Notes: a model not told the origin generated them from the sequence alone. 64,000 nt of DNA from an uncultured Verrucomicrobiae bacterium (GCA_963812605.1 CAWEWF010000014.1:320001-384000); one strand, 5' to 3'; shown: positions 30,050-40,453, numbered from the stretch's first letter. Numbers and translations: made by a program.

Positions 30050-31228
30050 TCAGGACGATGGTAGGAAGGTCACGCAAACAGGGACTGGCACTTCAAGGGC
30101 CTGGCCGGTGGGTGTGAGGCGGCCAGTTTTGGGATCGATGCGGAAAACGATGATGTTGTTCGATTCCTGATTGGCAGCCAGCAGGAAGTTGCCGGTCGGG
30201 TCGATCCCAAAAGATCGCGGGGTTTTGCCCAGCGTCGATTGGTGCTCGAGAAGAGTCAGTTTACCGGTGCTTTCATCCACAGCATAAACGACGAGGCTGT
30301 CGTGCCCGCGATTCGAGCCGTAGAGGAATTTGCCGCTGGGGTGGATGGCGATCTCGGCTGCGGTGTTCGGAGCCGCAAAGTTTTCGGGCAGGGTGGAGAC
30401 GGTCTGCGATTCTTTGAGAATGCCATGCGACGCGTCATAATCGAAGGCGCTGATGGTGTTATTTAATTCGTTGATGACGTACAGATGGCGGCCATCGGGG
30501 TGGACCGCGAAATGGCGGGGACCGGCACCGGGAGCGAGCGAAGCAAAGGGCGGATCGTTGGGAGTGAGCGCGGCTGTTGTCGGTTCCAGCTGGTAGATGA
30601 AAATTTTGTCCAGTCCGAGATCGGCACAGAAGGCGCGGCGATTAGCGACATCGAATGCAACCGAGTGCGCATGTGGACCTGCTTGTCGTTTCGGATTGAA
30701 GCCGGAACCGTGGTGCTGGAGCAAGGCGGTCACGGCGCCCAGCGAACCATCCGCCCGAATCGGGAACGCGGCCACGCTGCCGCTGCCATAATGTGCCGCG
30801 AGAACACATTGGCCCGATCCGTCCACTGCGAGGTGACAAGGACCTTGACCGCCGGAGTTTTGTTGGTTCAGCAGCGCCAGTTTTCCCGTCACCGGCTCGA
30901 TCGAAAAAGCGTTGACCGCGCCGTTGGACGTGCCGTTAAATCCACCATTCTCACGGACGGCGTAGAGGAAACGATGGTTGGGATGAATGGCCAGGAACGC
31001 GGGATCGGTTGTTTCCGCAGCGACCTCGAGTGAAGACAACGTGCCCGTGGCGACATTTAAGCGGCACATATAAATGCCTTTGCTCTTCGCGCTGGCACGC
31101 GTCCCGATATAGACGAGGCATTCTCCGTGGTCGGCAGATGATTGACTGGTTTCAAGCCCCAAGGCGACTCCGGCGGTTAGATTCATAAGCAAGAGCAGGG
31201 TGCGAACGAGAGAGAAGTTCCGGGACAT
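30050..31228 (-). CDS. lactonase family protein (6-phosphogluconolactonase-like beta-propeller), secreted
   Basis: RQAGPHAH, ADLGLD, GAGPRH, YVINEL, SNRGHDS, TPRSF, ANQES. Confidence 0.9.
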   Translation of the reverse strand: MSRNFSLVRTLLLLMNLTAGVALGLETSQSSADHGECLVYIGTRASAKSKGIYMCRLNVATGTLSSLEVAAETTDPAFLAIHPNHRFLYAVRENGGFNGTSNGAVNAFSIEPVTGKLALLNQQNSGGQGPCHLAVDGSGQCVLAAHYGSGSVAAFPIRADGSLGAVTALLQHHGSGFNPKRQAGPHAHSVAFDVANRRAFCADLGLDKIFIYQLEPTTAALTPNDPPFASLAPGAGPRHFAVHPDGRHLYVINELNNTISAFDYDASHGILKESQTVSTLPENFAAPNTAAEIAIHPSGKFLYGSNRGHDSLVVYAVDESTGKLTLLEHQSTLGKTPRSFGIDPTGNFLLAANQESNNIIVFRIDPKTGRLTPTGQALEVPVPVCVTFLPSS

Positions 31229-31577
31229 GAGGGCGAAGAGTAAGAACAATCGTCGTAGAAATCGACCAAAAATTACTGAGCTTGGCGATCGGGAAGTTCG
31301 GCAAGCGACTGAGCAACGGTCGCTTCCTGCGCGAACATTATCGTTGAGCGAGGGGAGAATTGTTGCAATGATTCGGTGCGATCCCTGATGCCTGTCTCCA
31401 TGATAAAAAAAACGAACTGACCCCTTTCCGATGGAAATCTGACCGCTACATGCTGGCGTCGTGGCAATTTGTTATCGATCAAGCTCGAGCGCTGTCACCA
31501 CGGTTTGCCAAGAGGTATGACAGTTTGCCGAAGGCATGGCTTGTCGCAAAGTTTTGAGGAACAGCGCGGGCTTCGCT

Positions 31578-32207
31578 TCAAATACGCTTGCGTCTACTAA
31601 ATCCCCACAGCGCTACGACAGCCAAGGTGGCCAGCGTCAGCGAAGAAGGCTCGGGAACGAATTCTAGTGTAAGATTATCCATGGCAAACTGTTCCCCACT
31701 ACCGCTCGTAAACCCCGCGCTTTGACCGCCAAACGAATTGAACCTTAAACGATCAATGTCCAGATAATTGAAAGTGAACAGAGTTGGGCTTGTCGCGCTG
31801 GCGACGACTGTTGTATTGTAGAGCAGCGTCGCTCCGCTGAATCCCTGTACTTGGATATTCAGGTTGCTGTTCCAAGCGCCGGTGAGATATGCGCTCAAGA
31901 AGTCAAAATTCGTGCTAATGGCATCCATTTCAGCAATATGGACACCGTCGTTAAAGGCTACGTTGGAAGCCGAGACCGTTCCATAGTAATAACCCATTGG
32001 ACCAACGTTCTGTTCGGCAGCAATCGCATTTTGAATATAGAAATTGGTCCAGTTAAGTCCTTGGTACCCGTTTATAAGTTTGGGCGATGCAGGGTAGGAG
32101 ACTGGTATATCGTCGAAGGTGATAACGGTTTGCGAATGGGTGGAAACGGCTGAAAACACTAGCAATGTGAGAACAGAGAGCGGCAGTAGAAACGATTTGG
32201 CCTTCAT
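31578..32207 (-). CDS. PEP-CTERM protein
   Basis: Signal peptide, VITFDD, GYQGLNW, AYLTGAW, FAMDNL, FVPEP-TM-RRKR. Confidence 0.9.
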   Translation of the reverse strand: MKAKSFLLPLSVLTLLVFSAVSTHSQTVITFDDIPVSYPASPKLINGYQGLNWTNFYIQNAIAAEQNVGPMGYYYGTVSASNVAFNDGVHIAEMDAISTNFDFLSAYLTGAWNSNLNIQVQGFSGATLLYNTTVVASATSPTLFTFNYLDIDRLRFNSFGGQSAGFTSGSGEQFAMDNLTLEFVPEPSSLTLATLAVVALWGFSRRKRI

Positions 32208-32318
32208 GTGTGGCGCGCTTATCATTGAAGGATTGTAACGAGAAACAGTGTACAAGTCGAGCTATTTCCAGCTCCCCGTCGAACCGTTCATGTAGTGCTC
32301 CCCGTGAATGGAAAAGAA

Positions 32319-32363
32319 AATAGGGGTCAGGTCTCAAAAGAGAGAATAGGGGTCACGTCTCAA
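32319..32363 (+). repeat. tandem AATAGGGGTCA(G/C)GTCTCAA repeat (2 copies)
   Basis: 19-mers at 32319-32337 and 32345-32363 differ by 1 nt; related inverted core CTGACCCCT at 31417-31425. Confidence 0.8.
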
Positions 32364-33896
32364 GGGCCTGTTGCCCAAATGACTTTCTCCTTCCGGTTTT
32401 TAAGGGGATGGGGTAGAAAGAATGTCGAGGAGGATACGTCGGCATGATGGGCAGCCAACAACCGCAGAAGGAGTTGTTCAGTTACCAGATTGACCTGGAT
32501 CAGCGGGTGCGGCCTGAGAATCCGTTGCGGCGTATCCGAGAGGGGATCGACTTCGATTTCGTACGGGCCGAGGTGGCGGAGCGGTACGGCACGAACGGCA
32601 ACGAGTCGGTCGACCCGGCGGTGATTCTGAAGATGATGTTTCTGTTGTTCTGGGACAATGTCGCCAGCGAACGAGAGCTGATGCGCATCATCCCGGAGCG
32701 ACTGGATTACTTGTGGTTCCTAGGGTACGAACTGGATGCGGTGATTCCGCATCACAGTGTGTTGTCGAAAGCCCGGGCACGCTGGGGAACGGAGGCCTTT
32801 GAGAAGTTCTTTGTGCGCACGGTGGGTCAATGCGTGGCCGTCGGACTGGTGGACGGGACGAAGATTCACGTCGACAGCAGCCTCAATGAGGCCAACGCTT
32901 CCTGCGATTCTGTCGTGACCGGCGCTCCCGCATTGATCACGGCCTTGAAGGCAGCGTATCAGGCCACGGCAAGCAAACTCGATGAGGTCACCACCCCGGC
33001 CAGTTACGAAGCGGTCAATGACCGGGTCGTCTCCACGACCGATCCGGATGCGACCGTTGTACGCAAAGGCACCCAACCGCCACGCCCTCGCTACCACCAT
33101 CACCGCGCCGTCGATGATGCCCACGGGGTGATCACGGCGGTGGAAACCACTACCGGCAGCATCGCGGAAAACAAACGCCTCCTGCCACTGGTCGAACAAC
33201 ACGACACCAACACCGGACAACGGGCCCAGACCGCCGTGGCCGACTCCAAGTACGGCACCACCGAAAACTTCGTGGCCTGTCAGCAACGCGCCATCCGTAC
33301 GCACCTGGGGGACGCCCGCGCCAAACAACATCATGCCCGCAGTGACGGCATCTTCCCGGACAGCGCCTTCACCTACGATCCGCGCACCAACACCTACCGC
33401 TGTCCGGCCGGCCAGACGATGAAACCCCGCCGATTGCATCCGCTCAAGCGCACGTGGGAATATCAATTACCCAAAGCCGTCTGCGCAGCCTGTGCGTTGC
33501 GCGCCCAGTGCACCCGCGCGGTGACGTACGGACGCACGATTCACCGGCACCAACAGCAGGCCCTGTTGGACCGCGCTCGCCAACAGGCGCACAGCGCCGC
33601 CTCGCGGCGCGACCGCCGCCGCCGACAACACCTGGCCGAAGTTAGTTTCGCCGATGCCGCCAACCATCACGGTTTCAAACGCGCTCGCTGGCGGCGACTC
33701 TGGCGGGTGCAGATTCAGGACTGGTTGATCGCCGCCATCCAGAACGTGAAGATTCTCCTCAAGCACTGGTGGACCCCACCCACCGCCGTAACGGTCACGC
33801 TGATCGTCACACTTCTGGTGTCCTTTACCATCCGATGACCAGAGCGTTCACCAACCAACCGCTTTCCCAGAAAACAACCCTTTGGGCAACGGGCCC
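32364..33896 (+). mobile_element. complete IS1182-family insertion sequence
   Basis: 16-bp terminal IRs GGGCCTGTTGCCCAAA / TTTGGGCAACGGGCCC (1 mismatch), flanked by TCAA direct repeats at 32360-32363 and 33897-33900. Confidence 0.9.
32444..33838 (+). CDS. IS1182-family DDE transposase
   Basis: NPLRRI, SVDP...KM, SEREL, WFLG..LD..IP.HS.LS..R.R, STTDPDA, ADSKYG, CPAG, E.SF. Confidence 0.9.
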   Translation: MMGSQQPQKELFSYQIDLDQRVRPENPLRRIREGIDFDFVRAEVAERYGTNGNESVDPAVILKMMFLLFWDNVASERELMRIIPERLDYLWFLGYELDAVIPHHSVLSKARARWGTEAFEKFFVRTVGQCVAVGLVDGTKIHVDSSLNEANASCDSVVTGAPALITALKAAYQATASKLDEVTTPASYEAVNDRVVSTTDPDATVVRKGTQPPRPRYHHHRAVDDAHGVITAVETTTGSIAENKRLLPLVEQHDTNTGQRAQTAVADSKYGTTENFVACQQRAIRTHLGDARAKQHHARSDGIFPDSAFTYDPRTNTYRCPAGQTMKPRRLHPLKRTWEYQLPKAVCAACALRAQCTRAVTYGRTIHRHQQQALLDRARQQAHSAASRRDRRRRQHLAEVSFADAANHHGFKRARWRRLWRVQIQDWLIAAIQNVKILLKHWWTPPTAVTVTLIVTLLVSFTIR

Positions 33897-33939
33897 TCAA
33901 CATCGGACAAATTGGTTGATGCGGGATAGGGCGATCGGT

Positions 33940-34062
33940 TTCACCTTCGAGTTTGTGCCGGAGCCTTCCCCGCTGCTGCTTACGGTCGTCGGTGCCCTGC
34001 TGCTGTGGCCGCTCCTCAAACGCAAGCGTGCGTCTGCTTCTCGCGAGGCACCCACCCCTTAA
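33940..34062 (+). pseudogene. orphan PEP-CTERM sorting-signal remnant
   Basis: FTFEFVPEPSPLLLTVVGALLLWPLLKRKR with no upstream domain or signal peptide. Confidence 0.7.
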
Positions 34063-34082
34063 TCCCCTCCGAGGAGGGGAAC
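34050..34082. repeat. REP-like hairpin ACCCACCCC..CCCCTCCnAGGAGGGGAAC (copy 1)
   Basis: Near-identical copy at 41706-41735. Confidence 0.75.
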
Positions 34083-34500
34083 GGACTTCACCCGGTGCCT
34101 TGACGGAGCGAGCCGGCTAGAATTTGCGTGACGCCGACAACGGCAGGCGGGCCGTTGCGACCGCAGCACGACGAGGTTGCGTTTCGTCTGACTCAGCTTG
34201 CCCTACAAGCTTTGGATATCGTAAAGCGATAATCCTGCTCGACAAGGGGCGGTGGGGTTGATATGGTGCGCATAGTTCTTTGAGAAGATGGTCAGGAGAA
34301 GGCGCTGATCTCGTGCGGACCGCGGTCGGCGCCCTTGGTTGCGCCGTCAGCAAACACTCGGCGCGTATCAGTTGCACCAGAAACATCGCTGGTGCGTCTC
34401 GCTTCGCTCGGCTTGCCGCAGACGACAGCGGCGTCTCGCAGGCTCGGCTCCATCCGACTCGGCTACAGCGGGGGAGATGGTTCCCAAACATGTGTTTCTG

Positions 34501-34618
34501 CGAAACGAACCCATTTTGCTGCCGTGCCGTTTTTGGCCCATCCTTCCGAAGGGCAGGGACTTAGGACCCGGAAGTTCAATTGTTTGAATGGCTTCGTTTT
34601 CGGAAAACGAACCCATTT
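34501..34618. repeat. AAACGAACCCATTT repeats with inverted copy
   Basis: cgaaacgaacccatttt at 34501; aatggcttcgttttc-ggaaaacgaacccattt hairpin at 34587-34618. Confidence 0.6.
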
Positions 34619-34711
34619 GCGGCCTTGGCTTGTGAGTTTATTGATCAAGATGTTGGCGATTTGGGACGCTGGTGCTGTGAAATCGCGCCTGGCGACGCTG
34701 AAAAATTCTTG

Positions 34712-34739
34712 TTGCCAATTGGAAGGTTTTGCGTATAGT
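34712..34739 (+). promoter_or_regulatory. putative sigma70 promoter of the RRM gene
   Basis: TTGCCA-16nt-TATAGT. Confidence 0.5.
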
Positions 34740-34886
34740 TTTTTCAGCTAGCATATGGAAGAAGAGCGCAGTGAGATTGGTGGAATGTCAGTCACGCCTT
34801 GTTTGCCTGGTGGCAGTCCGAAACCCGACGAGCGGGAACAGTCACTGAAGCCTCCTACCGCAGCAGAAGGAAATTACTAAACCCTT

Positions 34887-35255
34887 ATGGCAACCAAGCT
34901 GTTCGTGGGCAACCTGTCGTTTAACACGACCGAAGGCGATATTCTCGACCTGTTCAAGCAGGCGGGCAATGTCACGAGTTGCGAGCTCATCATGGACAAA
35001 TTTACGGGCAAGTCCCGCGGATTTGCGTTCGTGCAGATGGGCACGCAAGAAGAAGCCAACAAAGCCGTCACTGATTTTAACGGCAAGGAACTGGACGGCC
35101 GCGCACTCACCGTCAACGAAGCCCGTCCCCGTGAGGAACGTCCCCGCGGCGACTTTGGCGGCGGCGGTGGCGGTGGATTCGGCGGTGGCGGTCGTGGCGG
35201 TGGTGGCGGCGGCGGGAAACGTGACTTTGGTGGCGGCGGTCGCGGTCGTCGCTAG
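34887..35255 (+). CDS. RRM RNA-binding protein with Gly-rich tail
   Basis: RNP2 LFVGNL, RNP1 [19 protein letters not shown]-rich C-terminus. Confidence 0.95.
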   Translation: MATKLFVGNLSFNTTEGDILDLFKQAGNVTSCELIMDKFTGKSRGFAFVQMGTQEEANKAVTDFNGKELDGRALTVNEARPREERPRGDFGGGGGGGFGGGGRGGGGGGGKRDFGGGGRGRR

Positions 35256-35287
35256 CACTGGCACAACCGTAAGAGAATAATTACGCG

Positions 35288-35322
35288 AAGGGCGCCTTGC
35301 GCAAGCGAGGCGCCCTTTTTTC
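35288..35322 (+). terminator. rho-independent terminator
   Basis: aagggcgccttgc-gcaa-gcgaggcgccctt followed by a T tract. Confidence 0.85.
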
Positions 35323-35417
35323 TTCCCGTTCCGGCGCGCCGCGGATCTGACGAGCACGAAGTCGGCGGGGCGTGATTGCGCTTCCCGCATTTCTTTTTTC
35401 TGCGTCGCGAATGTGGT

Positions 35418-36086
35418 TTACAGCAGGTCCAAAACTTCTTCGGGTCGCGCCACGATATGCTCGGCGCCGTTCTCGACCAACTCTTGCCGGTCGCGAAATC
35501 CCCAGAGTACACCGACCGCGTGCATGCCGGCGGCGCGGGCGGTGTGCATGTCGGTGTTTGTGTCGCCGAGGTAGAGCCATTGCGCGGGCGGCACGCCGAG
35601 TTCCTGCGCGATTTGCAATGCGGCGGTCGGATCCGGTTTCAACGGCACATCGGGGAGTTGGCCGCGCACGATGGCGAAGGGGGACGGATTGAAGTAGTGC
35701 GCGATCATGCGTTTCGTGAAGACGTTCGGTTTATTGGAAAGCACCGCCAGTTTGAGACGGCGTTCGTTGAGGGCGGAAATCAGTTCGGGAATACCCGGAT
35801 AAAGCTGCGTCATATCAAAACAATGCGCGTCGTAGCGCTCCCGCATGAGGCGCAGGGCTTCATCCACCAGGTTCTGCTTGTCCGCGGGCAGGGCGCGGGC
35901 GCACAGCGCGCGCGCGCCGTCGCCAACGAAGTAGCGATACCTTTCCAGCGGATGCGTGGCGCAACCGAGTTGTGTCAGCGCCCAATTGGTGGCGTTGGCC
36001 AAATCGGCGAGCGAGTCGGCCAGCGTCCCGTCGAGATCGAAGAGAATGGCGCGGATATCGGGTTTCACGGGGACGATGGTACTCAA
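35418..36086 (-). CDS. HAD-family phosphatase (phosphoglycolate phosphatase-like)
   Basis: FDLDGTL, LSNK, KPDP, LGDTNTD, VLWGFR. Confidence 0.9.
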   Translation of the reverse strand: MSTIVPVKPDIRAILFDLDGTLADSLADLANATNWALTQLGCATHPLERYRYFVGDGARALCARALPADKQNLVDEALRLMRERYDAHCFDMTQLYPGIPELISALNERRLKLAVLSNKPNVFTKRMIAHYFNPSPFAIVRGQLPDVPLKPDPTAALQIAQELGVPPAQWLYLGDTNTDMHTARAAGMHAVGVLWGFRDRQELVENGAEHIVARPEEVLDLL

Positions 36087-36170
36087 GGACGCGGTATGGG
36101 GCGATTTTTTTGTTGTTGTGACGGCTGCGCGCTTGTTACGGTCGGCGTCATCAACAAAGGAGAACGAGAC

Positions 36171-36959
36171 ATGAAGTTATTGCGGGTTTGTACATTGATG
36201 GTGGCGGCGGCGTGCCTGGCGACCCCGGTGGTCTTCGGACAACGGATGTTTGGCGGGCGCGATTTCGGCAACGGCCAGATGGCGAAAATTTTCGGGAAGA
36301 ACCAGACGTTCACGGCCACGGCGGAAGTGACGATCGAGGACAAATCGCGCCCCGAGCCGATGCAGATGGAATCGTCCTATGCGGTCCTCCAGGGTAATGT
36401 GCGCACGGAGACGGACATGACTTCCGCGAAAGGCATAATCATGTCGCCCCAGGTCCTCGCCCAGATGAAGCAGATGGGCATGGATCGCACGATCAGCATT
36501 TATCGGGGCGACAAGAAGGTGGCGTACCTGATCTATCCGGGGCTTAAGGCGTACTGCCAAATCACTCCGTCAGACTTGCAGCCGACGGACAAGACCGAGG
36601 CGAAGGAGCCGAAGATTGAGAAGACCCCGATCGGCAAGGAAACCGTGGATGGTCATCCCTGCGTCAAGAACAAGGTCACGATTACCAGCGATGACGGCAA
36701 AGAGCATGAGATTATCGTGTGGAATGCCACCGATATGAATGACTTCCCGCTCAAGAGCGAAATGCAGAACGGGGGCGCGACCATCACGACCCACTTCCGC
36801 GACATCAAGATGTCGGCGCCTGACGCCGCGCTTTTCGATCCGCCAACCGACTACAAGCTGTACGGCAGCATGCAGGAAATGATGATGGCCAACATGCAGC
36901 AACTGATGCCGCCGCGCAGTGGCTCGCCTCCCCAGGGTGGCGGCAACGGCGGCAACTAG
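36171..36959 (+). CDS. DUF4412-like secreted protein
   Basis: Signal peptide; GKETVDGHPC, W.ATD...FP, DAALFDPPTDY; RBS AAGGAG. Confidence 0.75.
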   Translation: MKLLRVCTLMVAAACLATPVVFGQRMFGGRDFGNGQMAKIFGKNQTFTATAEVTIEDKSRPEPMQMESSYAVLQGNVRTETDMTSAKGIIMSPQVLAQMKQMGMDRTISIYRGDKKVAYLIYPGLKAYCQITPSDLQPTDKTEAKEPKIEKTPIGKETVDGHPCVKNKVTITSDDGKEHEIIVWNATDMNDFPLKSEMQNGGATITTHFRDIKMSAPDAALFDPPTDYKLYGSMQEMMMANMQQLMPPRSGSPPQGGGNGGN

Positions 36960-36974
36960 GCCGTCAGCAACGCG

Positions 36975-38564
36975 CTACGGGGCGGATGGCGCTGGCAATG
37001 GAATCGTGAGCGGGCGTTTCCAATAGAAGTTTTCTTGAGCGGCGAGCGCGCGGAGCAGGTCCTTGTACTCCCGCAGCCGCTGGTCGCTTACGCCACGCGC
37101 TTTCAGATCGGCGACATACGCCAGGCTGTCCAGGTCATTGCGGTGGCGGATCAGATCGCTGTTGAACACGCCCATTTGATGTCCCAGGAAATACTGCGCC
37201 ATCTCACGGGTCCAGGCCCCGGAGGTCGGTTCGGTGGCCTGATACATCGTGAAATAGTCCAGTCGATTCACCTGGTACTGCAGATAGGTCGAATAGCCCA
37301 ATCCCATCACGGTCACTGCGATCAACGCCCACTTGATTCGATTAAGCGGCGTGCTGGCGAGCCATTCCATGTATAACAGGAAAGGGAGCGACAGCACGGG
37401 CAGCATGAAAATCACCAGCCGGGGACCGTAGCTCCATTCGCCACGCCATACGGGTGTTTTGGTCAAGACGAAGAACAGCGCAGATGGCAGCAAGAAGAGG
37501 ACGACGGCGTCCAGTTTGTAGCGGCGATAAAACTCCCGGAGTCCCAGCAGGCCGAACATGAGAATGGGGAAATGCAGGAACATGCTTCCTTGCGGGTCGA
37601 AGAATATCCCCCAGATTCCATCCTGCCAGCGCCCGGTCGGCCAGTGGTCAGCGGCGCGCCACTGGTGGTAGCCGGTCAGCCACGGGGATCCGAATTTCAC
37701 CTGATTGACCCAGGCGAGAGCCGCGAGCATCGCGGCGACGGGCATCAGTAAGTAAACTCCCTGGCGCAAGAGGATCCGCGAGCGTTGTTTCGCTTCCAAT
37801 ACGGCGGTCGCGTAGATTACGGCAAGCCAGATCGTCGGAATAAGCAGTCCGAAGAGAACCCGCGTGAAGAGCAGCGCCGCCACAAACAGCCACGCCAGCA
37901 ACAGGGCCAGCCGGGATTTCCCGTCTGGTTGCCCTGGCGAACTTCGCAGCCCGCGCAGGTAGATCATGAGGAAGTAGAAAGTCGCCGTGAAATCCAAAAC
38001 CTCGACGATCTCGGAGGTTTGGGCCCGCTGATAGTACCAAAAGAACGTCGCATAGAATGTTGACAGCACGTACACGATTCGGATCCAGGAGCGTTGCGTG
38101 TACCAGCCGGTAATCCGATACAGCAACGCGCAGATCACCAGGCTCAGAAGAATGTTGTACAGATTGAAAATCAAGAGATCGGGAAATTCGCCCTGGTGGG
38201 GAAGACGGCCGGTCAGCAACTGCTCCGCTTTCATCGGTGGCAGCGCCATCAGCGAGTTCATGAAGCCATACTTGCTGTACCACTGTCCGTTTTGGGGATT
38301 GAATACGAAATACTGGCCGCGCTCCCCTGACTGCTCGGCGGAATGCGCGTCCACGTGCAAGGTACCGCTGCGCAAGAGGCTGAGTGTTTCCTGACGCCAC
38401 GCATAGGGGTCGCCGGGAAACCAAAGCGCGGGCATGGCGGCGAAGTTGATGGCGAAAACCGTCAGGAGCAACGCGAACGGGATCATCCAGCGGCGGGGTA
38501 GGGGCGCCGTTCCTTCCACCAGCGAACTGGTGGTATCGGGGCGATCAAAGGCTGGTTTTTCCAT
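36975..38564 (-). CDS. polytopic membrane protein, GT-C-like
   Basis: GD first loop, YSKYG, N.VKFGSPW.TGY, W.GEWSYGPR motifs, many TMs. Confidence 0.65.
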   Translation of the reverse strand: MEKPAFDRPDTTSSLVEGTAPLPRRWMIPFALLLTVFAINFAAMPALWFPGDPYAWRQETLSLLRSGTLHVDAHSAEQSGERGQYFVFNPQNGQWYSKYGFMNSLMALPPMKAEQLLTGRLPHQGEFPDLLIFNLYNILLSLVICALLYRITGWYTQRSWIRIVYVLSTFYATFFWYYQRAQTSEIVEVLDFTATFYFLMIYLRGLRSSPGQPDGKSRLALLLAWLFVAALLFTRVLFGLLIPTIWLAVIYATAVLEAKQRSRILLRQGVYLLMPVAAMLAALAWVNQVKFGSPWLTGYHQWRAADHWPTGRWQDGIWGIFFDPQGSMFLHFPILMFGLLGLREFYRRYKLDAVVLFLLPSALFFVLTKTPVWRGEWSYGPRLVIFMLPVLSLPFLLYMEWLASTPLNRIKWALIAVTVMGLGYSTYLQYQVNRLDYFTMYQATEPTSGAWTREMAQYFLGHQMGVFNSDLIRHRNDLDSLAYVADLKARGVSDQRLREYKDLLRALAAQENFYWKRPLTIPLPAPSAP

Positions 38565-38690
38565 GGCGTCCGTTGCCGGGCTTTCAGCTTAACGCAGAGG
38601 GGACGCGCGTAACAACCCGGAAACCCCGTTTTCGCGCACGGGCAAATGTCTTGATTCTCATCCGCGTTTCAACACAATCAGTTTCCCGAT

Positions 38691-40055
38691 ATGAGCAAAT
38701 CGAGTCAACGAACCTGGGGCGGCCGCTTTTCGACCGGGCCCGCAGCAGCCGTCAAGGCTTACACGGAGAGCGTCAGCTTCGATTGGCGATTGTACAAGCA
38801 GGACATCGCCGGCTCCATCGCGCACGCGAAAGGGCTGGCAAAAGTCGGCCTGATCACGAAAGCCGAGGCGTGGAAGATCGAGCACGGCTTGCGCGCTATT
38901 GAACGCGAGATCGATTCGGGCAAGTTCCAGTGGGATTGCGACTGCGAAGATGTTCACATGAACATCGAAGCGGCGCTGATTCGCAAGATTGGTGCCGCGG
39001 GCAAGAAGCTGCACACGGGTCGCAGCCGCAATGACCAGATTGCGACGGACATGCGCCTCTGGCTGATGTCGGCGATCCGCAGTGCCGATCACGAAATCCA
39101 ACACTTGCAGGGCGCGCTTGTCGCCTTCGCGGAGAAGGAGTGCGACACGGTCATTCCCGGCTATACGCATTTGCAGCGGGCCCAGCCGGTGTTGCTCGCG
39201 CACCACCTTCTCGCCTACGTGGAGATGTTGGAACGCGACGCCGGACGTTTTGCCGATTGCGCCAAGCGCGCGAATGTCTGCCCGCTCGGGTCCGGCGCGA
39301 TTGCCGGCAGCACGCTCAAACTCGACCGCGATTACGTCGCCAAGCTGCTGGGCTTCGCGGGTGTCACGCAAAATTCGATGGACGCTGTGGGCGACCGCGA
39401 TTTCATCGTGGAATTTCACGCGGCGGCGGCGCTCACGGGCGCGCATTTATCGCGGTTGGCGGAAGACCTGATTCTCTGGTCGAGCGCGGAGTTCGGATTC
39501 ATCACGATTGCCGACGCCTACACGACCGGTTCATCGCTTATGCCGCAGAAGAAGAATCCTGATATCGCCGAGTTGGCGCGCGGCAAGACGGCGCGACTTT
39601 ACGGCAACCTGGTGCAGGCGTTGACGCTCCTGAAATCGCTGCCGTTGACCTATAACCGCGACTTGCAGGAGGACAAGCAGCCGCTGTTCAAGTCGGCTGA
39701 TATTTTACTCTCCACGCTGCATATCGTGGCGGAAATGCTGCAGCACATTCATGTCAATCACGTCAAATGCGAAGCCGCCGCGAGCGACCCGATGATGCTC
39801 GCGACCGACCTTGTCGATTTTCTAGTAGAGGAGGGGATGCCGTTCCGCGAAGCCCATCACGCCGTCGGCACGCTCTGCGCCGAGGCGGAAAAGACGCACA
39901 TCTCGTTGCCCAAACTCGCGGCCAAGAAGTACGGCCTCGCCGCCGGCAAAGTATTCGATGTCCGCCGCGCGCTAGCGGCCCGCACTGCTATCGGCGCGCC
40001 GTCGCCGCACAATGTGGCGGCACAGATCAAGCGGTGGAAGAAATTGCTGAAGTAA
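38691..40055 (+). CDS. argH: argininosuccinate lyase
   Basis: WGGRF, EDVHMNIE, HTGRSRNDQ, PGYTHLQRAQP, GSSLMPQKKNPD. Confidence 0.97.
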   Translation: MSKSSQRTWGGRFSTGPAAAVKAYTESVSFDWRLYKQDIAGSIAHAKGLAKVGLITKAEAWKIEHGLRAIEREIDSGKFQWDCDCEDVHMNIEAALIRKIGAAGKKLHTGRSRNDQIATDMRLWLMSAIRSADHEIQHLQGALVAFAEKECDTVIPGYTHLQRAQPVLLAHHLLAYVEMLERDAGRFADCAKRANVCPLGSGAIAGSTLKLDRDYVAKLLGFAGVTQNSMDAVGDRDFIVEFHAAAALTGAHLSRLAEDLILWSSAEFGFITIADAYTTGSSLMPQKKNPDIAELARGKTARLYGNLVQALTLLKSLPLTYNRDLQEDKQPLFKSADILLSTLHIVAEMLQHIHVNHVKCEAAASDPMMLATDLVDFLVEEGMPFREAHHAVGTLCAEAEKTHISLPKLAAKKYGLAAGKVFDVRRALAARTAIGAPSPHNVAAQIKRWKKLLK

Positions 40056-40080
40056 TCCCCGTCACACGAAGAGGGTGGCC

Positions 40081-40449
40081 ATGGTGGATCTGGGAGCATT
40101 CAACAATCTCCAACTGGTTGGCGGATTCAGGATTGCCGAGATCCGTCTCACTGACGAGCCACTGGTGGACGCACTCGGACGTGAAGCTGCCGCGCAGACG
40201 AGAATCACGGGCACGGAGTTCCGTCTTCAGATCCGCTCCCAGCTTGTCGCTGAAGAATTGTCTGTGACGCTGTACCACGAGATCCTGGAGGCTGCGGCGG
40301 TCGGTAGTTTGCATCCACCGGAGAGCATTGCCAGTTTTACGGAGGCGGATTTTGAGCAGGCAGCCCGTAGGATGCACAATTCGCTCGGAGAAGCGTCTCC
40401 CGAAAACGTAAACCGCATGTTGCAATTCTATGATTTTGGTGGAAAATAG
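40081..40449 (+). CDS. hypothetical protein with SVTLYHEILE motif
   Basis: Clean ORF with RBS GAGGG; HE motif in a helix resembling a zincin-like site. Confidence 0.65.
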   Translation: MVDLGAFNNLQLVGGFRIAEIRLTDEPLVDALGREAAAQTRITGTEFRLQIRSQLVAEELSVTLYHEILEAAAVGSLHPPESIASFTEADFEQAARRMHNSLGEASPENVNRMLQFYDFGGK

Positions 40450-40453
40450 AGCT

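Noticed and set aside
32319-32363. Possible CRISPR array
   Set aside because: Two 19-bp units with a 7-nt spacer and no cas genes
35150-35250. GGC/GGT-rich repeats
   Set aside because: Explained by the Gly-rich tail of the RRM protein
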